DNA of 64,000 bases from Fonticula alba ATCC 38817 (Eukaryota; Protista; Nucleariida), in assembly GCA_000388065.2 (NCBI GenBank), contig KB932202.1. The stretch is one strand, 5' to 3'. Below the pieces are notes generated by a model. It was not told the DNA's origin and made no database searches. It was given only the letters and a program-made list of their open reading frames with translations. The position numbers were made by a program, and so were the translations under genes. Shown piece by piece: positions 21,784 through 34,811 of this stretch (positions are counted from its first letter, which is position 1; the number at the start of each line of letters is the position of its first letter).

Positions 21784-24700
21784 CTACTCGTCGCCAGACG
21801 GGAAGGTCGCAAACGTGAAGGACCCGAACTCCTCCATGTCAATCGGGCCATCGGCCGGCGCGGCCGCCGAGCCGGATGCCACCGCCTGGGGCCCTTCGTC
21901 AGAAGAGGACGAGGCCCCGGGGCCCGAGGAGGCAGAGCCGGGGGATGTCGTGCCGGCCGCCGCCGGCGCTTCGCCCCCCGACGAGGGCGGCGACGACGCC
22001 TGAAGTTGGGCCATGTAGTCAGACATGATGGCGATCTGAGACTCATACGCCCGACGGGTGGACTCGCCATCCTCCAGGGCCAGGGTGGCCCGGCCCTCGG
22101 CATCCAGGGCCCGCGTCGTCAGCAGGGCGATTTCCTGATGACAGGCGGCCAGCTCCGACTCGATGGCACGCAGGCGGATCTCGGCCGAGGTGCGCTGGCT
22201 CGCCAGGCGAGCCAGGCGAACGCTCACCCCCGAGGCCGCAGCCGAGGCGGCCCCCTCGGGCGACACAAAGTCCCCCGGCAGGGCCAGCGGCAGGGGCAGC
22301 GACGACTGTGGCACCGGAGGACCAACGGCCGGGTGTCAGTCAGTTGAGCGGACACACGGCATGCGTGAAGCAATCACCCCATTACAAACGCACCACACTG
22401 GACCCGGTCAGGGGATCTTCAAAGAGAACGGTGGCCGCCGAGTGGCCCCACTTCGAGGAGGCCGGAGCCACATGGACCGACTGCGAGGGCCCGGCCACCG
22501 GCGGGCCTGCCTGCAGCCCCGCCGGCCCACCGGCCGAGGTGCCGCTTCCCGGTCCCGGGGAGGCCGGCCCGGAGTTGACAAAATCCCCGAACCCGTCGTC
22601 CGGCTGCTCGGTCGAGCCGGGCGACGCTTGGGCAGCCGGCTTGGCCCCGGGGCCCGGACTGCCGGCCACTGTGGCCCAGCTGAAGGCAAATTCATCGCCA
22701 GGCACAGGGGGGCTGGCAGCCGGCTCGGGGAAGCTCGGCCCCGAGAGGTCCAGCAGCATGCCGATGCTCGGTGAGGATGGGCCACTGGCGCCGGCACCGG
22801 ACCCCGGGGCCGGCAGCAGGGCCGCCGACGGGACCGGCGATTCGGAGTCCGACCCGGACGGCGGCGAGGGGGAAGGCGAGTGGATGCCCAGCGACCCGGC
22901 GGCAGCGGGCGACCCGGCGCCCGGGGGCTTTGTGCCCGGCTCGAGGTCGCCGGCCGGGGCCGCCACAGCCATGCCGGCCGGGGCTCCGGCCGTGGCGGCC
23001 GCAGCCTCCAGGGCGGCCACCTGCGCGGCCAAAGCCGCACACCGGGCCCGAAGCTCCGCCTGCTCGGCCTCGGCCTGGCGACGGAGCTGGGCCTCTGACC
23101 GGAGCTCCGCCTGGAGCGCCTGGGTGGCGCGCTCGGCGGCGGCGACGCGCTCGCGGCTGGCGGCGCGCTGCTCCGAGAGCTGGGCCACCTCGGCGCGCAG
23201 CCGGCGCTCCGTCTCCCGGTGCTCTTGCAGGGTCACCTGGACGGCGCGCGCGTCGCGCTGGAGCCCGGCATTCTCGGCCCGGAGGGCCTCCTGCTGGGCC
23301 ATCAGCGCGCTGTGCTTCTCGCGGAGTTTGACGATGCCCTCTGTGGGCGACCAGCCCACCAGGCAGGCACAGAACGGCAGCGGCCCAGGGCAAAAAGACC
23401 CAGGGGGGGGGGGGGGGGAGCCATGGCAAAGACCGCGGACAGAGGCAGCGTTAGAGCGCGCCACACGGGGACAAGCAGAGCACCAGTCCCGGGACGGACC
23501 TTTCAGGGCGGCAACCGACGCCTCGGAGGTTCGGATCTTGCTCTCGGCCTGCTGGGCCACGCTCGCCTGGCGCAGGGCCTCATGGTGCGGAATGAACTCC
23601 GGCTCGGCGGGCTGGTGGCCCGAGACAGCGACCGGGGAGCACGGGGGGGGGGGGGCAGGGGAGCGACAAGGGGCAGAGGTCAGCCGAGGAGGAGGGCAAA
23701 CGCGCGGGGCAGACCCCTGCCGGCCGGGACGAGGCGCACCAGGTCCAGCCCGGCAAGCATGTAGCTCCGGGTCCGGAGGGCCAGATCATCACGGTCGGCC
23801 CCGGCGGCCAGGTGGCCGCGGTTCCCCGGGGCCAGCATGTCCGTGGCCAGCATGAGCCCATCGCGCGTGGCCGACTGCACATGCCGCGTGGCCGAGAAGG
23901 CGATCGGGAACATGCTGATCAGCGGCCGGACCGAGGCCGGCAGCGAATTGGAGGACGTCACCAGGCGCGGGAGGAGGACCAGCTGCTGGCTTGGGGCCGG
24001 GCTGGCGGCCGACGCCAGGCCCACCGGGCGCGAGGGGCTCTGCGCGATGAAGGCATGCGCCGCCACGGCGGCCAGCGCCTCCGAGGTGCTCAGCTGCTGG
24101 AAGGCATCCATCAAGCCGGCCACCTGGCCGGGGATCCGGCCACAGGCATTCGGCAGCTCGCGCAGGGCAGACCACTCATCGGCAGCCTCCCGGAGGCGGT
24201 ATGCTCCGGCCGAGACCGACCGGACAAAGGCCTTCTCCGTGGAGGAGAACCCGGCCAGAGCGGTGAAGAAATCTGCCACACCACAGGCGCCCGGGACGGT
24301 GAGTGGGGGGGGGGGGGCACAGGAAGGATGACAGGGCGAGCCGAGGGGGAAGGGCATGGCCGCGAGGACAGGGCGGGAGGGGGTGCGGGGGAGGGGGCCG
24401 GGGAGGAGCGGAGGGGCAAGAGGCACACACCTTTGGTATTGCGCGCCAGGGCATGGGACGAGGCACTCCGCAGGACGAGGTAGGTTTGGAGGAGAGCATG
24501 CCGGCCACCGGGCCCGGGGCAAGCCGAGCCCCGGCCGAAGATGGCCTCCCGCTCGGCGCTCACAGATGCCAGGGCCTTCTCCAGCGAGACGATCAGGATC
24601 GAAAAGTAGGACACCAACTTTTGCGAGGAGGTGATCAGCTGCAGGAGCTTCGGCGGAACCTCATTGGTGGCCAGCAGTCGCAGGGCGGTCTGACACTCGA

Positions 24701-25497
24701 AGGATACCTGCCGCTGGTGGTGCCGCAGCAGGGTGCCAAAGTGCCCAAGCAGGGCCACCAGCGCATCGAGAAGGCCCTCGCCGGGCCGGGCGGCCGGCGG
24801 GCCGGAGGTATTGAGCACGGCGGCCAGGTCATCCAGCGCGGTGCCAAACTCCTCAAGTGGGCCGGTCTGATCTGCAGCGTCGAACAGCTATCACCCCGGC
24901 GAGTTTGGTGAGTAGAGAATCCGGCGAGTAGAGAATCCGGCGGGTTGAGAACCGAGGGAGAGAGGGAGAGAGAGAATGTGCGTGTGTGCAGTGTGCAGTG
25001 TGAGTGTGAAACCGGAGAGCGGGAGCCAGAGCGGACAGATACTCGCATCGAGGAGGCTGACTGGAGCCGAGAGAGCCACCACAAGAGGAACGCACCTGGA
25101 GGAAGAGCCCAGCCAGGGTGGTATCCGAGTCGCTGGACCCCGGAGAGGAAGCCCCACTGGACATTCCACCGGGTGAAGCCATGTCACTTGGCCCGGTGAG
25201 GTCCCCCGACTCCGGCAGCGACACGGACGATAGTCGAGCAAAGTCCACCCCGAAGGCAATGCTGGGCGATTCGTCCAGCGACAGGACATTGCCGCAGCGG
25301 AGCTTCAACAGGCCCTGGAACTGGCCAAGCCCCTCGGCCAAAGCGGCCCACGCCTTGCCGATATCTTGAAGGGGCTGAGCAGTCACCGGTGCAAGGGGCG
25401 ACGAGGAGGACGGGCAAGCGATGCGGAGGAGCCGCTGTCAGGCACACAGGTCGATGGCGAGAGGGACCGAAAGAGAGGGAGAGGGGGACCGCGCGAT

Positions 25498-25531
<34 letters not shown>

Positions 25532-26615
25532 AGCCACTGGCGGAGGAGGGCCACCCCAAAGGCGCCATGGGCGGGCAAGAAGTCGTACAAGGGCCAGGGG
25601 CGGCAACCACCGGCGCTGCATGTCCAGCAACCACCAGCTGGTGATGCGGCCAGGGTCGATCCAGCCGCCGGCGCGCCAGCGCGAGGCCGACGTCAGGACG
25701 ATCGCATGCGCCGCCGAGTGGGCCACCTCCGAGGTCTCTCGCAGCCGAGTCAACGCCGAGCTGGCGGCCTGCCGGGACTCCTCCAGCGCGGCGGCCGCAA
25801 TCCGGGCATTGGCTTCGGCCTGCTCGGCGGCCAGACGCTGCTCCAGCAGCAGCTGCTCCTTCTCCTGGGTCAGCTGCTCGGATTGCTCCTGCGTTTCGGT
25901 GAGGCGCTGGCGAAGGGCAGCCGCGTGGGCGGCCGCCTCGGCCACCTCCGCCTCGAGATCGGCCACAAGCGAATGGAGACGCGCTGCAATGCCGATGAGT
26001 CAGTCTGCGCCAGGGCATCCGGTGGCCAAGGCCAGCCATACGTGGCCGGCACCCGCGGAAGGGAAGGCGGGTCACATGCTTGGGCCGGCAGGAAAAAAAA
26101 AAAAAAAAAGGGCGCACCGGCCTCGGAGATCCGCAGCGACAGGTCGTCCTTGATGGTGTCCAGCTCGCCACACACGCGCGCATACTCCTTCTTGGGGATG
26201 CCGCCAATCCAGGCCGAACCACTGGTGGCCTCCTGCACGGGGGAAAGGGGGGAAGCCGGTCAATGCCGAGTGGGGCGCGAGGCGCAGGACAAGGCACGCA
26301 AGGCGAGGAGCCCGTCCGCAAGAGGGGCAAGAGGTAGACCGAACGCACGATCTGGCGGATCTCCTCCTGCAGGCTTTCCACACGCCGGGTCAGACGCCCA
26401 TTGTGGAAGTTCAAGATGCTCGACTCCTCGGAGAGCTGGCGTGAAGGCCGGGCACAGATGCATCAGCACACGAGCATGGACACACGGGCAGGCGATGAGG
26501 GAAGAGCCGAGGGCAGGGCTGGCCAGGCGAAAGACAGTCGGACCTTGTGAAGCTCAATCTTCTGCGCCCGCGAGTCGGCCTGCAGCTTTTGCACGGACTC
26601 TTGCTCCTTCGAGCA
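21784..26615 (-). CDS. PPP1R21: Protein phosphatase 1 regulatory subunit 21 (KLRAQ/TTKRSYEDQ coiled-coil protein; FERRY subunit Fy-2); 5' end probably in gap 26663-27333
   Basis: N-terminal EQESVQKLQADSRAQKIELHK|LSEESSILNFHNGRLTRRVESLQEEIRQI matches the KLRAQ-domain pattern. ARLHSLVADLEAE follows. C-terminal ESTRRAYESQIAIMSDYMAQL matches the TTKRSYEDQ domain. Long coiled coils and multiple GT-AG introns. Confidence 0.82.
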
Positions 26616-27577
26616 GGGGACCGCAGGGCAGGCAAGGACCAGAAAAAAGAAGAAGAGAGACANNNNNNNNNNNNNNNNNNNNNNNNNNNNNNNNNNNNNN
26701 NNNNNNNNNNNNNNNNNNNNNNNNNNNNNNNNNNNNNNNNNNNNNNNNNNNNNNNNNNNNNNNNNNNNNNNNNNNNNNNNNNNNNNNNNNNNNNNNNNNN
26801 NNNNNNNNNNNNNNNNNNNNNNNNNNNNNNNNNNNNNNNNNNNNNNNNNNNNNNNNNNNNNNNNNNNNNNNNNNNNNNNNNNNNNNNNNNNNNNNNNNNN
26901 NNNNNNNNNNNNNNNNNNNNNNNNNNNNNNNNNNNNNNNNNNNNNNNNNNNNNNNNNNNNNNNNNNNNNNNNNNNNNNNNNNNNNNNNNNNNNNNNNNNN
27001 NNNNNNNNNNNNNNNNNNNNNNNNNNNNNNNNNNNNNNNNNNNNNNNNNNNNNNNNNNNNNNNNNNNNNNNNNNNNNNNNNNNNNNNNNNNNNNNNNNNN
27101 NNNNNNNNNNNNNNNNNNNNNNNNNNNNNNNNNNNNNNNNNNNNNNNNNNNNNNNNNNNNNNNNNNNNNNNNNNNNNNNNNNNNNNNNNNNNNNNNNNNN
27201 NNNNNNNNNNNNNNNNNNNNNNNNNNNNNNNNNNNNNNNNNNNNNNNNNNNNNNNNNNNNNNNNNNNNNNNNNNNNNNNNNNNNNNNNNNNNNNNNNNNN
27301 NNNNNNNNNNNNNNNNNNNNNNNNNNNNNNNNNCCCCCCCCCCTCCGGCAAAAGACCGCCGAGATCGCCGTGACAGGGGAGCGCCGATGCGTTGGCAGTA
27401 TATTCTCAAGGGCAAGGAAGCGGATGGAGTGGAAAAACAGCCCGGCACAACGCGCGCCAGGCTGAGGGAGGGAACTGGAACAAGAGACTAGACCCCGATG
27501 GAGGGGGGGGGGGGGGCAAGGGGCGAGTGCGGCAGCACGCCCAAAAAAAAAAAAGAGGACCAAGGGGAGCGTCGCCG

Positions 27578-29880
27578 CTACCGGTGCGGCGGCGGAGGCG
27601 GGTGCATGAGGTGCGGGCTGCCACCATGAGCCGGCATCCGGCCACCGGGGGGCGGCGGCATGTGCAGGGCACCGCCCGGCGGCGGGGGCCCATGCATGCC
27701 CGCGTGCGGGTGGTGGTACCCCAGAGAGGCCGGACCGCCAGGCCCCCCGGGCCCGGGCGGCAGGGAGGCCGGGCCCCCGGCCCCCGGCGGAGACAGGTGT
27801 GCCCCGGGCGGTGGCGAGCCACCCGGGCCGCCAGCCATCGGGCCAAGGTGCGGGCCACCGGGCGGCGGCGGCGGCGGGCCGCCAGGCGGCATGCCACCCG
27901 GCACCATGGGGTGCCGATGCATCGGCGGCCCGGCACCCGGAGGAGGCCCAGGGGCGAAGCCTGGCGGCGATCCGGCCGTGGTCGGCGGCGACGTCAAGGA
28001 TGAGAGAACGATGCCAGGGTGGTGGGCCCCGGCCCCGGCCCCGGCCCCGGTGCCAGAGTACGATGAGTCATAGTCCGTGTGGAAGGACTGGCGGCAGCAT
28101 GCCGAGGGCCAAAGAGGGGGGCGAGAGGTGAGCATCGCGGCGAGGGGGGCCGCCAAAGCGCGGGGACTACCCTGTGGCATGGTAGGGAGGGGCACGGGGA
28201 GTGCGACCAGCAGCGGGCGGCCGGCGGGGAATGCGGGAGATGCACAGGCACACACACACACAAACGTACAGGATGATCATCGCGAATGACGCCAGTGGTA
28301 ATCAGTGCCTCGAGTGTGGCAAATGCAAAGGCCGGGTGGTCTTGGAGAAGGGCCTTCAGCTTGAGCGGCTCGTGGATGGTCATGTGCTGTTGTGGGAAGC
28401 AGGGAGGAAGTATTGGACGTGGTGGTGGGGGGAGGGGGCGGGGGGAGGGACAGAGGGAGTTAGCCAGGCGAAGGGACAGACAGGCTGCCGGACAGGCTGC
28501 CAGACAGGCTGCCGGATAGGCTGCCAGACAGGCTGCCGGATAGGCTACCAGACAGGCTGCCGGATAGGCTGCCGGATAGGCTGCCAGANNNNNNNNNNNN
28601 NNNNNNNNNNNNNNNNNNNNNNNNNNNNNNNNNNNNNNNNNNNNNNNNNNNNNNNNNNNNNNNNNNNNNNNNNNNNNNNNNNNNNNNNNNNNNNNNNNNN
28701 NNNNNNNNNNNNNNNNNNNNNNNCCAGACAGGCTGCCGGATAGGCTGCCAGACAGGCTGCCGGATAGGCTGCCAGACAGGCTGCCGGATAGGCTCCCCAT
28801 GAAGGCAGCAGCGGACGGACCTTCAACTCCAGCAGCAACTCACTCATCTGCTGGGCAGACATGGTGTGAACAGTGGAGCGGATGCGCTCCAGGACGCCGA
28901 TCGGGTTCTGTGGGGGAAAAAAGGGGGTATTTCAAGAGGAGGAAGTGGAGCAGTGCCCGAAGGTGGGCGGGTGAGTCGCCAGGTCAAAGGGGAGAAGGCC
29001 GAGGCAACAAGCAAATGCCGCATGACGTACCGAGCGCCCGTCACTCGCGCCGAAGCCCGGCATCTGCAGGGCGTTCAGCACGGCCGGGCTGCCCATGGGC
29101 CCAGGTCCCATCGGCCGGGAGTGCACGCCGCCAGGTCCTCCACCGAGAGCCATCGGGCCGCCCATCATCGACATGCCGCTGTGGCCGCCGACGCCGCCAG
29201 CGCCACCACCGTGGCCGCCGTGGCCGCCGTGGCCGCCGCCACCGCCACCGCCACCGCCCCCATGGCTGCCGCCACCGCTAGACGATGAGGAGGAAGTGGG
29301 CGCCGACACACGAAGCGGCCGGTTGTGCAGGGTCAGGGACTTGTTGATATTCCGAATGGCCGACTGAGCCGACAGAGCGTCGACATAGTCGCAAAAGCCG
29401 CTGCCTTTGGACTTGCCGGTCTTCGGATCGATGTGAAACCTGGCGGCCAGCCGGGGAAGCCGCGGAGGGACAACAGTGCATCGGATGGGCCATCGGGGCC
29501 CGGGGGGGATCCCGCACAGAGAAGGAGGCAGGGGCCATGTTAGGGTCAGAGGTCGCCAGGAAGGGCCCGGGGATGCTGCGGAGAACACATACCGGAAGGA
29601 AACGACCGGCCCAGCCCGCTGCATCACTTGGATGACTTCCTGCTCCGTGGCCTCGAATGGGATGTTTGCCACTGGGAGGGGGTTTTCCCCGGGGGCATGG
29701 GGGAGGCGGGGGCGGGGGGTCAGAGGCCACGAAGGAGATGGCCCAAGAGGGAAAGCGCAAGAGCAAAGGGGCATGGGCAAAAGTCGGGGAGAGGAGGAGA
29801 GGGAGGGAGAAGGGGCAGGGGCAGGGGCAGGGGCAGGGAGGGCGAGGCGTACCGAAGACGGTGTTCTCATTGCGCGACAT
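27578..29880 (-). CDS. CSTF2: Cleavage stimulation factor 64-kDa subunit (CstF-64/Rna15)
   Basis: Spliced N-terminal RRM: MSRNENTVF|VANIPFEATEQEVIQVMQRAGPVVSFR|FHIDPKTGKSKGSGFCDYVDALSAQSAIRN. Hinge domain: RIRSTVHTMSAQQMSELLLELK|...ALLQDHPAFAFATLEALITTGVI. Pro/Gly-rich tail. The 3' end is less certain. Confidence 0.88.
28479..28794. repeat. 12-bp minisatellite GA(C/T)AGGCTGCC(A/G) in a CSTF2 intron, interrupted by an N-gap
   Basis: Head-to-tail units on both sides of gap 28589-28723, with no spacers. Confidence 0.92.
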
Positions 29881-30710
29881 GGTGGCGGGTCACCGAGGGC
29901 GGGGGAGAGCGCAGCGCGGAGAAGCCAGGCAGGGGGGAGGGCGAGGGGCAGGGAGGCAAGCAAGCGGAGGGGAAGAAAGGGAACACACAGGGACGAGGGG
30001 GGAGGGGGGAGGGGGGAGGGGGATGATGCGTATTGCCGAGATGTCTCGCGCGGCTCCCACCCCAGGGCGGATCCCGAGATAGGCCAGCAGATGCCCACGC
30101 ACCATGAAATGCCGATGCAACGGACTATCATGTGTCCTCTACCTAAATAACTGTTACCGGGCTGCCGCTTTTCAAACTGCCTGTTCCCGCGCCGGCGGCC
30201 GGGAGCTTTTGGCTTGGGACGGGCGCGTGCGTGTGTGCCGGAAACTGGCGCCGAGAAGGGCCATCCCTCTCGGGAGGGGGGGGGGGGGGGGATGTCTGCG
30301 CGTGTGTGGGTGCGAGGGGGCTTGGGGAGGCCATATGTCCGACCGCGATCCGCCGATCGGATCGGCAGTGTTTCCAAGCCGCCTGGTCGCCGGGCCGCCG
30401 GTTTCCAACGAGGGGAGGCCCAACGGCATGGAGGGCGCCCGAATCCCAGGGGGCGAGGGGAAGATCGCCGAGCCCCCTCGGGGGCAAGGCACGGGCGCCG
30501 GAGAACCACACTCATCGGGGTGGCCAGTGCTCCCTTGGCGGAGCGACGCGGCACCATCCCCCGTCGCCCGCCATCGGCCCCTCCCCTGCTTTTGCCTTTC
30601 TCTCCCTCGCTTTCTCTCTCTCTCTCTCCCCCCCCCCCGTGCCGTGCAGCTGCTCCCCTCCCTCGGCCCTTTCTCTTTTCCCCCTCCCCGCCCCATCAAG
30701 CGCACCTCCA
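29881..30710. promoter_or_regulatory. Probable bidirectional promoter region between divergent CSTF2 and NCAPH
   Basis: Head-to-head ATGs about 830 bp apart. Inferred from geometry only. Confidence 0.55.
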
Positions 30711-33700
30711 ATGGCGCAGCACTCCAGGCGGTCAGTTCCCTCGGCGGATGTGGCGGCCGCCGTGTCGGCAGCCATCGCCTCCGGTGACGCTGGCCGGGAC
30801 GTGGCCCCCACGTCGCTCGCCAATGGCGCCACCCTGGCCGGGCAATCGTGCTACGGCCACATCTCTGCCGAGCAGTACAACGCATGGATGAAGATCTGCA
30901 CGGACAATGTACGTCGGCTGGCCATGGCCATCCCCAGGGCACGAGGCGGAGGCAGGGAGCGGAGGGGCGGGGAGAGGGGGGGGGGGGGGGGGCCCTGCCG
31001 CGTGCCTACGCCCAGCTTCGCCCTGACGGCCTGCCCGGCCCCATGCTTGCCCCTGTTGCTGACCCGATGCGATGACAGAAAATCAACTCCACCAACTCCT
31101 GGGATGTGGACCTGATCAACTTCTTCCACGCGGTAACCGTGGACCCGGCGCCCAGTGCGGCGGCCTCATCGACGGCCGCCGCGCTGGGCTTCACGTCCGG
31201 CTCCACAGGGCAGATCAACTTCCAGGTGGCCAGCTGCACGCTGGACGGCTGCGTCAAGGTGTACTCCACCCGTGTGGACTCTCTGTCGGTGGAAACCAAC
31301 CGGCTGTTGACCGGTCTGGCGGCCTCCTACACCGACCCCGGCAAGGAGACCGCCGGGTCGGATGCCGCCGGCGAAGATGGCACCGGTGTCGCGCCCAGGA
31401 AGCGGGTGCGCCTCGATTCCCCCGCATGTGTGTGTGTGTGTGTGTGTGCCAGCCTGGCCCCCCTGTTTGCCCCCTCCTGACCCGGGCGCTTTTGGCGCCC
31501 CCCTCCTTCGTTCCCTCGCCCCCCCCCCCCCCCTTGGTCCCCCTGCCCCTCCCGCCTCCGGTCCGGCCTCTTTGCCCTTGCCCGCCCACGGCACACAGAC
31601 CACGCGCACTCTGGAGGAGAACGAGGCCAACCTCAGCGCCAAAGGCGGGGACATCCACTCTGCGCCGGACCCCCTCTTTCAGAAGACCACGGCCGAGTTC
31701 GATGAGGGCGGCGTGTCGGGCCTGCTCCTGAATACCCTGTCGCTGGATTTCTCGGGTCGCGTGGTTTTCGACACGTCGGCCGCGGCTCCGCTGCGCGACC
31801 AGGTCCGCGAGGCGGGGCAAATCGCCCGCGAGCCGCAGCTCGCCTCCACCGACCGCAGTGAGGCCATCGCCCGGCTGCGCGGTATGTCCAGCCGCTATTG
31901 CTGATGTTGCTGATGTTGCTGCTGCTGTTCCTGCCGGTGGCAGGTGGCTTCCCCCCTCCCCGCGTGTGCCCTTTTTTTTTTCCTTCCCCTGACCCATGTT
32001 CCTCCTGCGTCGGCCTGGCGTGTGGCCGGCGGCTTGGCAACCATGCCCGCCCTGCTTTTCCTCCTGCCGCAGAATCCTTCCTCCCGCTCCTGGTCACGGT
32101 CGACCGGCGGGACATCTGCCCGACTTTCAAGAACTGGTCCTTCGCCGAGCTGGTGCAGCAGGCCGAGAAGGGCGAGCTCCCCAGCCTGCCCATCCCCTCG
32201 ACCATTGGCCTGAATGCCGGGCCTGGCGGGCTGGCCGGCGCGCTAGATGGCTCGCTGGACACGGAGAAGAATGTGGCGGCCACCATTTCCGCGGCCCTGG
32301 GGTCGGATGCCGGGCCGATGGGCGCCAGTCAGCGCACCCCGACCCCCGGGCCGGACCACGAGGGCCTGGACTTCCAGTCGCTGTTGGATATGGCCACGGC
32401 CGACGATGCGGCCGTGGCCCAGGCCGCGGCCGGGCTCGGGCCCGCGGGCGACGCGCGCCTCTCGGACACCGGGGCCCCATGGACCGCGCCGGACCATGAT
32501 CCGTACTACAATTTCGACTTCGACACCGGGGCGCCGGACATGCCGCTGGACCCGGCCACCGCCTCGGGGCTCGGGAATGGGCCCGACGACCAGGGGGCCG
32601 ACCTGCCGGGCGCCTCGCTGGCCGGGTCCATCCTGGGCGCGGACTTGGACTCGCTGGCGGCCTTCGCCGATCTGGAGCCGCGCGCTGCCTCCCTGTCCAG
32701 TGCTCTGCTCATGGGCGGGTCGAATCAGGCCGGCGCGTCGCTGACCGCCGAGGAGGCCCTGGCCGCGGCGACCAAGCGCCGGAAGTCCACTCGCAAGGGG
32801 CAGGGCCCCTTCCTGATGGACCTGCTCGGGTGTGTGGCCGAGCTGGAGGAGGCCGCCCAGCCGGGGGGCTCGGCCGGCCGCGGCACCGACGGAACGGATG
32901 CCGAGGAGGACACCGGTGGCGCCGGGCCCGGCGCCGGCGGCACCGGCCCCACTCCGGCCCCCGGGTCCGAGGTGGTTCTCGGCTGCCGGCTTTTCATCCG
33001 GGCCAAGCCCTCGCAAATTGACCTGCCCTCGGTGGAGCGCTTTTCCGTCCTGACCATGGCCGAGCTGGAGGAGGCGGCTGCTCTGGCCGGGCGTCCGACC
33101 GGGCCCGGCAGCCGGCCGAAGCTCCGGCAGCTGGCCGCCGCGCAGAAGGCCCGCTTTGCGGCGGCCATCCGGTCGGATGCCATCCAGCGCCGGGCGCGTG
33201 ACTATCTGCTCGACGAGTCGCGGGAGAATGACGCGCTCGAGATGCGGCGGCTGTTTACGCGGGAGCCGCTGGACAATCGCCTGTTGCTGGCTCCGGCCGA
33301 TGGCACGGGGCCCGAGGCCGGTGGTGCCGGGGGAATGGGCGCCACTTCCGGCGGGCTGACCGCCGGGGGGGCGTCCGGGCACCTGGCCGACGATGACCTG
33401 CACCACGACGACATGGACTTCCCGATGATGTTTGGCGCGGGCGGCGACGGGGAGGAGGGCATCCGCGCCGGGCCCGGGGCCAATCCCTTCGACGATACGC
33501 TTGGCAATCAGACCCTCACGGATTTGAGCATGTTCCCGGATCTCGGCGAGACGGCTCTCTTCCCGGAGGCCGGCGGGTCGGAGTATGGCGATGAGCTGGT
33601 GGCCAAGCCGCGCACCATTCACCGCATCGCCATCGAGTATGCCCGGACCGCCAAGCGGGTGGACATCAAGCGCTTGAAGAAGCACCTTTGGTCGGAACTG

Positions 33701-33786
33701 GAGGAGACCATTGCCCAGCCGGACCGGTGGTCCGATTTGCTGGAGGGCATTCGCGCTCAGCAGGAGGCCGCCGAGGAGGCGTCCAA

Positions 33787-33818
<32 letters not shown>

Positions 33819-34294
33819 ACACCCAGGAGGATGGGTCCTCCTCGGGGGCGGAGGGGACCCCGGCCCCGCAGCCCGGGCATGAAGCCTCCCCCGGGGCCCC
33901 CATCCCGGGGGACCTCTACTATGAGCCCTCGGAGCGGACGTATCGCGCCCCTCCGGACGATGCCCTCCCCTTCAGTGCCATCATGTCGTCCCTGCGCAAT
34001 GTCTACCCTCCGAAGCGCCTTTCAGAAATTTCCGCCGCCTATTGCTTCATCTGCCTGCTGCATCTGGCCAACGAGCATGGCCTCGATGTGCGGGACTCCA
34101 CCGGCCTGGATGACTTGTACATTGTGGCCCCGGAGGGCACCCCGGCGGTGGTGGCTGCCGGGTCCTCCGGTGCGGGCTCCCCCCCGGCCGCTGCGTCCAC
34201 CCGTCCGGCAGCCAAGGTAACCTTCCAGCTGCCGGAGGAACCCCCTGCGGCAGCCTCGGAGCTGGCCGAGCCGGTGCCCATGCAGCTCGACTGA
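30711..34294 (+). CDS. NCAPH: Condensin complex subunit 2 (kleisin CAP-H / Barren / Brn1)
   Basis: WMKICTDN|KINSTNSWDVDLINFF, NFQVASCTLDGCVKVYSTRVDS, DPLFQKTTAEFDEGGVSGLLLN, ICPTF, IEYARTAKRVDIKRLKKHLW and C-terminal ISAAYCFICLLHLANEHGL are characteristic Cnd2/Barren motifs. Three introns with matching phase. Confidence 0.95.
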
Positions 34295-34712
34295 AGGCGC
34301 ATCCCCGCGCCAGAGGGCTGTTTCCTTTGCCGGAAGGGCGAGGATGGGTGCCGGGGGGATGCGTCCATATGTGTGTGTGTGTGTGTGTGTGTGCGCGCGA
34401 GTGTGTGTTCTTGCCTGGGTGCTCCAAAGCGGCGAGCCCCCTCGCACACACGCATGTGTGCGCCCGCCTAGACATACAGCCGCATGGATACACACTCCCC
34501 TCCCCCTCTCATCCTGCCCCTAGGAGGCGAAAAATACACTTGTCAACCATGCACCTCGTTCTGGGACACCATGAGGTCCCTTTTTTTCTTGTTTGGCTCT
34601 CTCTGATTTTTGCCATTTCGCCGGCGACCCATCTCCTGGCAGTCCATTGGGGGAGGACAAAACAGGGCACACGGAAAGGAAATACATGCATGTCGAGGAT
34701 CCGTCCACCTAA

Positions 34713-34748
<36 letters not shown>

Positions 34749-34811
34749 CAGCAGCCGCGCCCGGGCCCCTGTGCACACGGACTACGCCGCCTCAGGGCCA
34801 GCGAGCCCTAG

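Noticed and set aside
24909-24941. 16-nt tandem duplication GAGTAGAGAATCCGGC in a PPP1R21 intron
   Set aside because: Only two copies, consistent with ordinary slippage, with no evidence of function.
28479-28794. Possible CRISPR-like array
   Set aside because: Head-to-tail 12-mers without unique spacers, in a eukaryotic intron with no cas genes.
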